A DNA stretch of 64,000 nt from Oligoflexia bacterium (GCA_963758495.1 CAVWVI010000003.1:576001-640000); one strand, 5' to 3'. Shown: positions 20,175 through 34,917, counted from the stretch's first letter. The notes: a model not told the origin generated them from the sequence alone. Numbers and translations: made by a program.

Positions 20175-20444
20175 AGCGTAAAGGTTTCTGACACTTCGAA
20201 TAAATAATCAAGTAAATTCATCCGCACCTTGCTAAGAAAAATATTCCGTCAGTTACCTGACATGCAGACTCCTCTTTTAATGCATAGGGAAATTCATAAA
20301 TCATAGATTGCTCGCTTCTTTTGCTTCTGTTAGCCTTAAAAAAAGGGAATCATTGTACCACTTATGTAGATAGAATCATTCTAAAAATAGAAAATTTGGA
20401 CTTGAATAGCAAATACCTAGGAAAGGTATTCACAGGGAGAGAGC

Positions 20445-21011
20445 ATGGAAACGCAAAACCCAATTGAAATGCCACAAACCGAATTTCCTCCTGGCTCCTC
20501 TGTTATTTACGCCATGCATGGGAAATGCAACGTATTAGGAACAGAAACCCGCTCTTTAGGCGGTGAATCCATCCGATTTTATAAACTAGAGCTCAAAAAA
20601 TCGATGCTTTCGCGATCCTCTCGTCTGGAACCTGCAATTTGGGTCCCCGTGGCAACAGCTAAGAATCGAGGGCTTCGCGCGCCCATGACAAAGGCAGAAG
20701 CCGAAGCAGCACTAAAAATCCTCCAAAGTAGAGAATACTATTTTAGAGTCAATGAGCCATGGCTCACCATTCAACCCCAGCTAGAAGCATCTATCCGCTT
20801 AGAGGGTGGAGTTGGGTTAGCTAAAGTAGCAAGTTATCTTTTTGTCTTAAAACGCAAACAGATTGTGCCTTCATCTGAAATCATAAAACTCCAGGAAACT
20901 GTTCATAAGCTCCTCTTTAGAGAACTAGCGGATGCACTAGGAGAGTTCAGTAAAGTCCTCGAAGAAAGAGTCAGTAAAGGGTTCAAGTCAAAACTGATTC
21001 CTGATCTTTGA
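20445..21011 (+). CDS. CarD-family transcription regulator
   Basis: F..G..VIY..HG..V.G.E, IWVPV....RGLR, LL..ELA.AL pattern. Confidence 0.8.
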   Translation: METQNPIEMPQTEFPPGSSVIYAMHGKCNVLGTETRSLGGESIRFYKLELKKSMLSRSSRLEPAIWVPVATAKNRGLRAPMTKAEAEAALKILQSREYYFRVNEPWLTIQPQLEASIRLEGGVGLAKVASYLFVLKRKQIVPSSEIIKLQETVHKLLFRELADALGEFSKVLEERVSKGFKSKLIPDL

Positions 21012-21096
21012 TTATAATAGGATGGATCTTCTAAGATACCGTAATGGTATTGTTGATGATAAATATAATTAAACAGAATTAAGAAATAAAAAAAAA

Positions 21097-21214
21097 TGGG
21101 GGCATCGAGCTATGTTAGCGCCGAGCTACCTCGGTACTAGTTTCGCCGCGGGCAGGCTTAACTTCTGAGTTCGGGATGGGATCAGGTGTAACCCCGCCGC
21201 TATAGACACCCCCA
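21097..21214 (-). rRNA. rrf: 5S rRNA
   Basis: ACACCTGATCCCATCCCGAACTCAGAAGTTAAGC core on the minus strand; terminal GGGGGTG/TGCCCCC helix. Confidence 0.93.
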
Positions 21215-21394
21215 AACTTGGGAGAGATCTCTGTGCGACAGAATGAAGCACAGTTAAAACTGTTTTTAGATAAAGGCTGAGTCCCTTCTCAGAAACCTGA
21301 GAATAGGGAAGAATAAAAAAAGAGATTTAACTCTTTGATTTTCGCATCAGAATTCATTTTAACTCGATACCTTTACAGGTATTTTATTAAAAAT

Positions 21395-24386
<2,992 letters not shown>

Positions 24387-24892
24387 TTTCTAGCTTCGAA
24401 TCAATGACCTAGTTGCCTAGCTCACTTTTTCTACTCTTCGCCTATTCGCAGATCTCTGAAATCTCCTCACTTCACTTTCGCTCCATTCAGATTTTTCAGT
24501 TCAAAGTCGTCTCGAATCCATCTATTCGGTTCGCTCGTTTCTTTGTTCAGATATTTTGTTCGTGTTCCTGATTTCCATCCATCTCGTGAACTCTTCCTAT
24601 TCCTTTTAAAAAATAAAAAACTTTCCTTCGACTTCCTTCTATCAGTATACATTTTAACTTCTTATGAAATTTAACTTCCATAAAAAGCTCCTTCAGCAAT
24701 TTCTTATTCATGAGAGCGTGATGCCACTTCATAAACTTTCGTTACAAAAGTCTAATCCATTCATCACACTATTATTTTAACTGTACTATTCTGTTGTCAA
24801 AGATCTCTCATCACTGACCCTCGGATAAATCCACTGCCCGTAGACCCAAAGAATTACTTCCTTGGCTAAACTTTATCTATTCTTAACAATCT

Positions 24893-24969
<77 letters not shown>

Positions 24970-25136
24970 GCTGGATCGCAGCCAGATTGCTAATTAAAAC
25001 TGATGTGGTGAATCTCTTGAAAGAGAAAATGGAGAAGAGAGGACTTTAAATCTCAATAAAATTTTTGGTCATCCTAAAACTTCCAAAAAGTAAATGAGAC
25101 TTGACCGGAATGTTTCGTCACTTGCGTGAGAAATGT

Positions 25137-26698
<1,562 letters not shown>

Positions 26699-26963
26699 TA
26701 CTTTTTGTGACTAGGTCTCTTACGCCTCGTTTCCTCAGCGTAGGTCCTAGTTAAAATCAAACAGTTTTTAATCCTTCGACTCAATTTCTCTATATATAAT
26801 GCCTAAGCATTACGCGCTCGTAAGTTATTATTTGCTTCAAAGATATTGATTCGGAGTTTTCGACATCACCCTATCTTGCTAATCCGCTCGCTTACGCTTG
26901 CCGATCAGGATAGAGCTGCCTGCCTACTCGCCCCCACTTTCTCTTTCAAAAAATTCATCACAT

Positions 26964-26977
26964 CTTGTCAAAGATCA
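26964..26977 (-). promoter_or_regulatory. rRNA leader boxA antiterminator (second copy near 24793-24805 in the ITS)
   Basis: GATCTTTGACAA on the minus strand at both sites. Confidence 0.65.
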
Positions 26978-27018
26978 ACCGCATTTGTTTTTTTAAAACT
27001 CAGCGGCGAGGTCCGCTG

Positions 27019-27047
27019 TTAATAACCATAACGCATGTTAGACGCAA
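27019..27047 (-). promoter_or_regulatory. putative sigma70 rRNA promoter
   Basis: TTGCGT-17 bp-TATTAA, then GC-rich discriminator CAGCGGAC; A/T-rich UP-like tract upstream. Confidence 0.6.
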
Positions 27048-27095
27048 CGTTTATTTTACAATTATTTCATTTTTTTTTTAAAAGACCATTTTTGA

Positions 27096-28061
27096 TCACC
27101 AAGCAGGGATTTGGTAAGCTCGCATTCGCCGGATAAGAGTTGTCTTGTTTATACCTATGGCTCGAGCTGTACGATTTACTCTGCCCCCATACTTTCCTAA
27201 AGCTCGCTGTAAGTACTCTTTTTCAAATCTTGCCAATGAATCTTGAAAATTTAGAGTAAGGGTCGTTTCGGCAACTCCTAATACTGAAGAATTTATCATA
27301 AGCTGATCTTGAATTAAGTTTGAACGATTCAGAATCAGCCATTGAGGCAAATCACCTAAGACGATTTGAGCACTTTCACTCGATAAAACAGCATATTCTA
27401 GGACATTTCGTAATTCTCGAATATTTCCGGGCCAATCATATGTTTCAAACTTCTCAGCAACACCAGGAGACAAACTTAAAATAGAACGACCCATTTTCGA
27501 GCAGATATCCTGAAGACATGAGTGTACGATCTCGTCGAATTCCTCATGCCTTTCGCACAGTGAAGCAAGAGGAATCGAAATAACTCTGAGTCGGTGGAAT
27601 AAGTCTTCTCGAAATTCTCCTTTCTTGACTGCACTCTGAAGATTTTTATGGGTAGCTGCGATAATTCGTACATTCAAATGCACTTCACGATTACTACCCA
27701 CAGGAGAGATGACTTGCGTTTGTAAAAACTCCAACAATCGTGCCTGTAGCCTAGGCGACAATTCCCCTATCTCATCTAGGAAGACCGTACCACCTTGAGC
27801 TAACTCAAGCTTACCCACTCTCTTCTGATCGGCTCCTGTAAACGATCCTTTTTCATGCCCAAAGAGCTCAGATTCAAGAGTACCTTCATGAAGTGTTGCT
27901 AGATTAACAGCGATAAAAGGGCGCGCCCTTCTAGAACTATGCTCATGTATTTTCCTTGCTAAAGAACTCTTCCCGGTTCCCGTATTCCCTGTGATCAGAA
28001 CGATCGTGTCACTTTCGCATGTAATTTTAAATAGTTTCCCTAAATTTTTAGAAATATTCAT
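27096..28061 (-). CDS. sigma54-dependent activator (AAA+ plus Fis HTH) lacking an N-terminal sensory domain
   Basis: GNTGTGKS, ESELFGHEKGSFTGA, FLDEIGE, FREDLFHRL, WPGNIRELRN; ATG 28061 after GAGG. Confidence 0.9.
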   Translation of the reverse strand: MNISKNLGKLFKITCESDTIVLITGNTGTGKSSLARKIHEHSSRRARPFIAVNLATLHEGTLESELFGHEKGSFTGADQKRVGKLELAQGGTVFLDEIGELSPRLQARLLEFLQTQVISPVGSNREVHLNVRIIAATHKNLQSAVKKGEFREDLFHRLRVISIPLASLCERHEEFDEIVHSCLQDICSKMGRSILSLSPGVAEKFETYDWPGNIRELRNVLEYAVLSSESAQIVLGDLPQWLILNRSNLIQDQLMINSSVLGVAETTLTLNFQDSLARFEKEYLQRALGKYGGRVNRTARAIGINKTTLIRRMRAYQIPAW

Positions 28062-28109
28062 TTTCCTTACCTCAATAATAGAATCAATAATTTGTTCCCG
28101 TCCCCTAAA

Positions 28110-28126
28110 AGCAAATAACAAGCCAA
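28110..28126 (-). promoter_or_regulatory. sigma54 (-24/-12) promoter
   Basis: TTGGCTTGTTATTTGCT is GG-N10-GC, about 50 bp upstream of ATG 28061. Confidence 0.65.
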
Positions 28127-28269
28127 CTCAGGCACTATTCTAAAGAGGTTAAATGCTAACTTTTTCTATATAAATGTAGGTTTTTTCCATCACATGCACA
28201 GAAAGTGTTGGGATAAACCTACAAAATAGTTTAATATACACCCACACTTGAACAAAGGACCTCTAGTCA

Positions 28270-29670
28270 ATGCGTAAGAAAAAAATCCTAATCTGTGATG
28301 ACGATTCATTATTTCACATCCATTTGAAGCATTCTTTATTAAAGGATCAGTTCGAATTGATCTCTGCCTTAAATGGTGATGAAGCAGTGGCAATCGTTAA
28401 AAGTCATTCAATTGATATCTTATTGCTTGATATTCAAATGAGGAGCCGTGATGAAGGATTTCACTTCATTCCTAAGTTTTTAGAGATTGATCCTCATCTT
28501 GCAATTGTCGTAACCAGTTCATTAGTTGACTTTATAGCAGTCAGAGAGGCGATTCAGCTCGGAGCAGCAGACTATATTGTAAAAGACTTGGATTTACCGC
28601 TCTTAATTCACACACTCAACCAAGTCCTTGAGCGTCGCTCCTCATTCAACCCACACCAGCCGAATCATTTTGATACTCTTTCGATCCATAAACAGAACAT
28701 CCTCATTGGAGAGAGTGCCCAAATCCAAGAGCTAAAGAAAAACATAGAAAAAATCCGACGGAGTCATGCAAACGTTATCATTACCGGAGAAACAGGGACA
28801 GGAAAGGAATTGGTCGCGCGTCAACTAAGAACGCCGCTACCTAATGGGACCTTGGCACCGTTTCTTTCAATAGATTCCTCTACCATTCAAAGCTCGATCG
28901 CTGAGAGTATTTTATTTGGACATGAAAAAGGTGCATTTACTGGAGCGGATAAATTAGTCAAAGGCCTCTTTGAAGAAGCCGACAATGGCATCGTCTATTT
29001 TGACGAAGTTTCAAATATGCCATTAGATATCCAAGCTAAGTTACTTCGTGTTCTGCAAGAAAGAGAAGTAACCCGAATCGGTTCATCAAAGGTGCTCAAG
29101 CTCAACTTTCGTGTTATCTGCGCAACGAATCAAAACTTAGAATGTATGGTACAAGCAGGGAAATTTAAAAATGACCTCCTCCAGCGCCTCAATGTAATCC
29201 CGATTTCCTTACCTCCGCTCCGAGAAAGACAGAATGATATTCCGTTACTTATTTCTCAGTTTATCTTAAAGCAACCCACACCTTTTGGAAGTCTGAAATT
29301 TACTGAACGCGCAATTGAGTTCCTTAAAACTTACAGTTGGCCAGGCAATGTACGTGAGCTGGCAAATACAATAACGTATTTGGCCACTATGATCGAAGGG
29401 AGTGAAGTAGATATTTCCGATTTGCCTGCTAAATTTTTGAAAATTGAAAAAGAAACTGATTATATAAATATAACTAAAGAAATTCCGCATAGTCAGGAAT
29501 CATTTTATTCGAGGATTTCGAATTTTGAAAAAACCTTACTCTCACAAGAATACTTACGTTTCGATGGAAATATCATGCAACTCGCTGCTTCATTAAAAAT
29601 GGACAGATCTCATCTTTACACAAAATTAAAAAAATTTGGGATACATAAAACAAGTTCATCGCTCAACTGA
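28270..29670 (+). CDS. NtrC-family sigma54-dependent response regulator
   Basis: Receiver (ICDDD, LLDIQM), GETGTGKE, GHEKGAFTGA, WPGNVREL, Fis HTH. Confidence 0.93.
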   Translation: MRKKKILICDDDSLFHIHLKHSLLKDQFELISALNGDEAVAIVKSHSIDILLLDIQMRSRDEGFHFIPKFLEIDPHLAIVVTSSLVDFIAVREAIQLGAADYIVKDLDLPLLIHTLNQVLERRSSFNPHQPNHFDTLSIHKQNILIGESAQIQELKKNIEKIRRSHANVIITGETGTGKELVARQLRTPLPNGTLAPFLSIDSSTIQSSIAESILFGHEKGAFTGADKLVKGLFEEADNGIVYFDEVSNMPLDIQAKLLRVLQEREVTRIGSSKVLKLNFRVICATNQNLECMVQAGKFKNDLLQRLNVIPISLPPLRERQNDIPLLISQFILKQPTPFGSLKFTERAIEFLKTYSWPGNVRELANTITYLATMIEGSEVDISDLPAKFLKIEKETDYINITKEIPHSQESFYSRISNFEKTLLSQEYLRFDGNIMQLAASLKMDRSHLYTKLKKFGIHKTSSSLN

Positions 29671-30664
29671 TTTTTTTGTCCATTTCAATTTTATGATGCA
29701 CTCCCTTTTTTAAATTATCTTTTTTCACAGCCTGTTTTTTCTTTTTAACCTTATGCTTTTTTAAGCTTGGAAGCAAAACACTGTTACGATCCATGTGTCT
29801 TGAATTACCTCTGGACATCCACAACAAAGAACCTAAAAGCAAGAGCCCTAATATTCCTATAAAAATACTCTTAATAGTATTTTCTAACGTCCATCCCATT
29901 TGTTCATCAATCACCGCTTCTGCAGAATGTTCAAATTTTGATATGACCGGAGGAAGTGGCACTAATACAGGAGCCGGCGGAGGAACGGGTGCAGGCACAA
30001 GATTAAGCACAGGTTGTGAATTGATCATCATCTGATTATCTATAATATTGGGTGATCCATTAGATACCTGAGGTTCCTGGCTAGATATTTGCCTAGATGT
30101 CTGAACCACTCCCTGAGCAACTTCCTGACCAGCCACGTGACTTGCCACCTGGCGCAATACGCCTACTCCTTGAATTAAAACTCTACCAGAAGTAGCCTGA
30201 CGAATTGTGCCATCCTCTTCCAGGATGAGTTTATCCCCCGTCTGAATTAAATTTGGCTTTGCAATATTTCGTGAATTTTTTCGCAGCAACTCATTAAAGG
30301 AATCTGTCTCTCCGTATTTCCATCTTAAAATTCGAACAAACCAATCATTTGGCTGCACGACATAAGTTGAAGTGATCTCAGGTATGCGATAATTTAAAAC
30401 AGTGTTTTCTTGAAGATGCTGATCGGGTTGAAGTTTTTGAACGGCTTGATTATCATCTTGCAACTTCGTCCACCAACTTCGGTGGCCATATAACAGATGG
30501 GCAACCTTTCTCAGAGTATCACCCCGACTTGTTCGATAAGTACTTGTAGTGACAAGTCGCTTTTCTAGGGGTGGATCAGGAGTTGCTTTCTCTCTCGCAG
30601 ATGCAATCGACCCCAATAATAGTAAATACAATAACATAACCTTAAATAAGCCCGTCATAGCCAT
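29663..30664 (-). CDS. exported LysM-domain membrane-anchored protein
   Basis: Signal peptide; YRTSRGDTLRKVA..LYG and YVVQPND...PNLIQTGDKL LysM-like repeats; Pro-rich linker; TM helix and basic tail. Confidence 0.75.
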   Translation of the reverse strand: MAMTGLFKVMLLYLLLLGSIASAREKATPDPPLEKRLVTTSTYRTSRGDTLRKVAHLLYGHRSWWTKLQDDNQAVQKLQPDQHLQENTVLNYRIPEITSTYVVQPNDWFVRILRWKYGETDSFNELLRKNSRNIAKPNLIQTGDKLILEEDGTIRQATSGRVLIQGVGVLRQVASHVAGQEVAQGVVQTSRQISSQEPQVSNGSPNIIDNQMMINSQPVLNLVPAPVPPPAPVLVPLPPVISKFEHSAEAVIDEQMGWTLENTIKSIFIGILGLLLLGSLLWMSRGNSRHMDRNSVLLPSLKKHKVKKKKQAVKKDNLKKGVHHKIEMDKKIS

Positions 30665-30804
30665 CTTTTCGACAAAGAAGGGAAGAATATTTAAAGTTCT
30701 GTTAAAAAAAATAGATTTTGATGCATGTAGTTACAAGAATTAAGTCATTTCCTTAAACATTCCGTGGACCTCAGCAGCTCAATATCGAACCTGGTTCCAA
30801 GCCA

Positions 30805-30848
30805 ACAAAAAACAGATGGGTGAACACGTTCACCAGTATTCACCCATC
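30805..30848 (-). terminator. putative intrinsic terminator
   Basis: GATGGGTGAA/TTCACCCATC 10-bp inverted repeat followed by TGTTTTTTG on the minus strand. Confidence 0.55.
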
Positions 30849-30916
30849 ACGGATAACAAAATAGCTCAATGAGCTATAAGATTAGATAAGGAAAGGCGAG
30901 CTCGAAACCCTTCTTT

Positions 30917-31790
30917 TTACCAGCATAGGCACAGGTATGGATAAGTTCCATAACCAGTCGAACAGGTCGATTCATCTCCCCAACTGTCGTTGAGCGAATT
31001 GAGAAATTGAGCGGCTTCGCCACCAAAACCGGATGATGCCCAATCATTACAGTTTCCATTATTTGAGCCACCCGGAAGAGCTCCGCCTGAAACGAATCCA
31101 GTCCAAGCCTGGGTGGATGCAAAACCGGTTCCGGTCATTTCCGCATAGGGAGGGGCGCTTAAAGCTATAAAAGCACTAATGCTTGAGGAGATTTGAGTTC
31201 CACTTATATTGAGGATGGGCAGTGATGTGGGTACACTGAAGGTGGCAGCCAAAGTCGTTACCCCAGCAGTTGCAGAATACCCCAGTAAGGCGACAAAATT
31301 ACTACAAGTGATTGATCCAGAATAGGTACTCGTATAATCGGTGTGGCACTGATTCGTGGTAGTTGTCCTTGAACCCACATTTTGGCCCGAATAAGACGAA
31401 TTGGACTCGTACATATAAATAGGCGTACTAGCACTAAATGAAAGAGTGCACGACGAAGTGATGGCCCCTGTTGTATAGGTAGAGCCACTCCAACTTCCTG
31501 CTGGACAAGTTCCTCCTACAGTATTTGATAGAGAGTAACCTGTGCTAGCCGTTACTGTAAAAGATTGAGTGGAGTTATAATTTACTGTTTGAGCCGTACT
31601 AGGGCTTAGAGTGACATGACTCCCGGATGGAGTGACTGTTGATGTCATCAGAGTAGCACTAAACGTAACCGTACAGTCTGCGGTAATGGCGCCGGTTGTA
31701 TAAGTAGTACCGCTCCAGGTTCCTCCTGCACAGCTTCCACCTACCGTGACTGGGGTTGCGTAGCCACTATTAGCAGTCACTACGAAAGTA
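30917..31790 (-). pseudogene. 5'-truncated Ser/Thr/Gly-rich surface protein with InlB B-repeat-like domains
   Basis: Two repeats F.VTA..GY....VGG.C..G.WSG.TYTTGAIT..CT..FSA; composition switches abruptly to AT-rich non-coding-like DNA above about 31790. Confidence 0.6.
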
Positions 31791-31928
31791 ATGAAGGGGT
31801 AACAGCTATTTTTATAATAATTTAAGAATAATAATATTATAAATTCAAGTGAAATTATTATCTTCACTCGAAAGATCAAGGCAAAAGACTTTCCAACACA
31901 TTGGGATTGCGAGGCGGGTCTTCGGATA

Positions 31929-32041
31929 TTGAAAAGAAGAGCTTACGGATATAGAAGCTATGAAAACTATCGGCTCCAAGTCTTGAATGCTTGCTCCTGA
32001 CAGTGTCTTGAAGGTTTACCCACTACGAAAAGATATGAATC
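31929..32041 (+). mobile_element. ISL3-family transposase 3' remnant and probable right end
   Basis: 31929-32000 translates LKRRAYGYRSYENYRLQVLNACS*, typical of an ISL3 C-terminus; followed by TTACCCACTACGAAAAGATATGAATC. Confidence 0.65.
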
Positions 32042-32127
32042 TTTGCGGGTCATTCAGGCTATCTTGTAGGATTAAGATTAATAAAACGGTGAAAAAATGG
32101 TGGACCACCTCTGACAAAGACGAAAAA

Positions 32128-32499
32128 ATGCTCCACATTTGGTATCCTTCCGACATTATAGAGTTTTCTTGGATACCTCAGTACAAAAACGTGACGTTGC
32201 TCCACCAAAAATATGTTGAGGAGAAGCGCACAACCGCCCAAATTGCCAAGGACTTCAAATGCTCCACAACTGTCATTAAGCACCATCTCGCCAAAGCGGG
32301 TATCCCTCGCAGGAGAGGATCAGTCATCAGCCTCAGTAGTAAAAGGGCTATCAACCTGATCCTCGAATACAGCCGTCTCGGGATGAGCGGAAGAAAGATT
32401 GCCGATGCACTCAATCAGATGGGATTCCCCCCGACAAAAAGGGCAAAAAGCTGGGGAAGGAATACGGTATACCTGATCCTGAAACAATACTCCAAGTAA
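32128..32499 (+). CDS. small HTH/recombinase-domain DNA-binding protein
   Basis: LHQKYVEEKRTTAQIAKDF..S.T.I...L...GI and GMSGRKIADALNQMGFPPTKRAKSW.RNTV..IL; start set at ATG 32128 inside the att repeat (ORF track 31987). Confidence 0.65.
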   Translation: MLHIWYPSDIIEFSWIPQYKNVTLLHQKYVEEKRTTAQIAKDFKCSTTVIKHHLAKAGIPRRRGSVISLSSKRAINLILEYSRLGMSGRKIADALNQMGFPPTKRAKSWGRNTVYLILKQYSK

Positions 32500-32504
32500 G
32501 CCCA

Positions 32505-32534
32505 AAGTGAGCCGTCAGAAATGGCGGCTCACTT
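32505..32534. terminator. hairpin between convergent genes
   Basis: AAGTGAGCCGTC-agaaat-GGCGGCTCACTT. Confidence 0.55.
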
Positions 32535-32565
32535 GATTTAGGTTAGCTAAATTGTGACACTGGAG

Positions 32566-33140
32566 CTATTGTCTGTGATTTCTATCCTGACGCGTCTTTG
32601 CTTCTAGGTCGCGCATAGTTTGTAGATCGAGCCCTACCCCTTGATTAGAAAGCTGTTTCAGCATGAGGTAAAAAGAATAGCCGGTCCAATGTAAACAGGT
32701 TCGTCCATACACTAAGTCTTCATACATAGCTCTGAAACTGATCCCTAGTGTATGGATCTGATCAAGTTGAGCCTTTTCTTGATCAGGAAGGGAAGAATAT
32801 ACCTGACTAAATTTCTCAATCGCAGTATTCGATTTTGTCTTCGCAGAGGATTGATCTAGGTCTTGGTCAGCACAAAGCCCAATAGCTAGTTCCGCAATTG
32901 CATTTAAAGTACCTAGCGTAAGCTTAGGCAGTGACTCTAGATCCCGTAAATCTGAACACAACTGAGATGGGTGATTTACAATGATTTGAATATCTTCATC
33001 TGAAAAACGGCGGCTAGGCTCATACGGATTTGTAAATGCTTTTACAGTGAGTAAGCATTTTTTAAGCTCGCGAATGTCGTAGCATCTCCCATCTTGACCT
33101 TGAAGAAAAAGTCTTTGGGTATCTCTAGAACAGGCACGCT
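32566..33140 (-). pseudogene. probable frameshifted C-terminal part of the M28/ankyrin gene
   Basis: Frame is open from about 33140 with no ATG; begins QGQDGRCYDIRELKKCL...TNPY...FSDEDI and continues into track ORF 32566-32961. Confidence 0.5.
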
Positions 33141-34813
33141 TTCAAAAAGAGTTTCATCGTTTCTACAGACTGTTTAGGTTCAGACTCTATCTTAACGTCA
33201 GATAAAAAGGCTACAGGCGGGCGAATCCGAACTTCCGAAGCCAGTGCCTCGTCGATAAGTTCTATAATCCGGGGATTTTTAGACTCCTCTGCAAAATCGC
33301 TCACGGTAGCGGCACTTTTGTTTTGAACGTGTGGATCTGCATTAAGGGCAAGCAAAGCTTCAGTAATACCTACGTCTCCCCCTTGCGCCGCAAACATCAA
33401 CGTCGTACTGCCATATTGCAAATCTTGAAAGTTAACGGGCACTCCTCTTTTGACGAGATCAAGTGCCGCGCCTAATTTCTTGCTCCCCAAAGCAAAGTGA
33501 ATTGTCAGTTTTCCACCATTCATAGCGTAGAGATCGGCACCGGCATGCTGAAGTTCTAGGATAGCATCCACATTCCCTTGCTGTGCAGCAAACATCAAAG
33601 GGGTAGATAAATGTTGTCTGTGTCGATAGTTAACGAGATCAGGCACTTGTCGAATCCAGTCCATTACTTTGTTGAAATCTCCTACATCTAAAGCCTTGTC
33701 CAACTCTTTTTCTTGGATTGATTTTTCTTGAATTGATCCCTTCCAGTCGTCAAGTTGAACTATTGTGGGTCGTCCTCCAAGTAGAAAAACCTTTGCAACA
33801 TCTACGGCTGCCGAAGTGACTTGAGTGGCAAAATCAAAGTTCAAGGTTGCCTCTGTATCGAAGTTAGTATGGTAATAAGGGTTTCTGCGTTCAGCACCGT
33901 TAAACAGCAAAAGAGCAGGAAATTCATTTTCTTCGAAACTGACATGGTCTGAGCGGTTCCATCGAGCACCCCAGTCGTAAGCTTTTAATTTGCGATGCAA
34001 AGCCATCTGCATGAATGTAAGTCGAAGTGCTCTAGATGCTGGATTAGTGACAAAAGCAATATGGTCCGTAAAAGAACTTTCGGGATTTCTACCTGTATAA
34101 CCAATCATTTCGAAGACAATGCTGGATACGATAGTATCGCCACGCTTTCGAGCTTCCTTTAAATAAGCTTTTGATCCGACCATGAAATCTTCCTCTTGAT
34201 CCCAGAGAGCTAATTTCAATGTCCGACCCGATTTTTGTTTGGCGAGGAGTCGTGCGCTTTCCAAAACCGCCGCTATTCCACTCGCATTATCATCAGCCCC
34301 AGGAGAAGTCGGTACAGAATCATAGTGGGCAGATAGCCAGACCTGTTCGTTTGGCAAATCACTGCCTTTCAGGGTAGCAATGATATTCGTTCCTGTTGAA
34401 TACTTGTGAAGTTCCACCTCATAACCCAGAGATTCAAGAAAGCTCACACAATACTGTTGTACATACTGCCAGTGAGGTGAGTTTTTTGTGCGAACACCTG
34501 TAACTTCACTTACTAATTTTCGATATTGGACAGGATCAGCGACTGTATTTTTACTTTCTACTGGATTGTGAAGGTCAAAAATAGTCAAATGCGGCAACAA
34601 GTAGGGACCAACCGGATCATAACTTTGCTCACTTAACTTCAATACTTTAGGCGTTGGAGGTGGCATTACCGTTGGAGGTGGCATTACTGTTGGTGCTTTT
34701 TTATAATTCCCCTGCTTAGAGCGACCCTGTCCATAGGAGGACTGCGCTTGAAGAGCCAAAGCAATAACAAATAAAACGACTAAGTTTTTAACGGCATAAT
34801 CGAGGCGTATCAT
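33125..34813 (-). CDS. secreted M28-family metallopeptidase fused to ankyrin repeats
   Basis: Signal peptide, PTVMPP repeat; SAHYDS, GADDNASG, QEE, FEMIG, SDH, YYHT; TPLMFAAQQG and TTLMFAAQGG ankyrin repeats. Confidence 0.85.
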   Translation of the reverse strand: MIRLDYAVKNLVVLFVIALALQAQSSYGQGRSKQGNYKKAPTVMPPPTVMPPPTPKVLKLSEQSYDPVGPYLLPHLTIFDLHNPVESKNTVADPVQYRKLVSEVTGVRTKNSPHWQYVQQYCVSFLESLGYEVELHKYSTGTNIIATLKGSDLPNEQVWLSAHYDSVPTSPGADDNASGIAAVLESARLLAKQKSGRTLKLALWDQEEDFMVGSKAYLKEARKRGDTIVSSIVFEMIGYTGRNPESSFTDHIAFVTNPASRALRLTFMQMALHRKLKAYDWGARWNRSDHVSFEENEFPALLLFNGAERRNPYYHTNFDTEATLNFDFATQVTSAAVDVAKVFLLGGRPTIVQLDDWKGSIQEKSIQEKELDKALDVGDFNKVMDWIRQVPDLVNYRHRQHLSTPLMFAAQQGNVDAILELQHAGADLYAMNGGKLTIHFALGSKKLGAALDLVKRGVPVNFQDLQYGSTTLMFAAQGGDVGITEALLALNADPHVQNKSAATVSDFAEESKNPRIIELIDEALASEVRIRPPVAFLSDVKIESEPKQSVETMKLFLKACLF

Positions 34814-34917
34814 TACAAATAAATAACAACAGGTGTCAAACCAAACCATTTGGTCACTTAACATTTTTCAGTCACCACAGACTCGACCGGAGTAAACAGC
34901 AGGATTACTCCAAATCC

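Noticed and set aside
24467..24732. Two 61-aa ORFs in the ITS
   Set aside because: Overlapping frames, no recognisable motif or RBS; explained by purine-rich strand bias.
31791..31879. N-terminus of track ORF 30917-31879 as a signal peptide
   Set aside because: Derives from AT-rich DNA at a junction and the protein begins mid-repeat; likely fortuitous.
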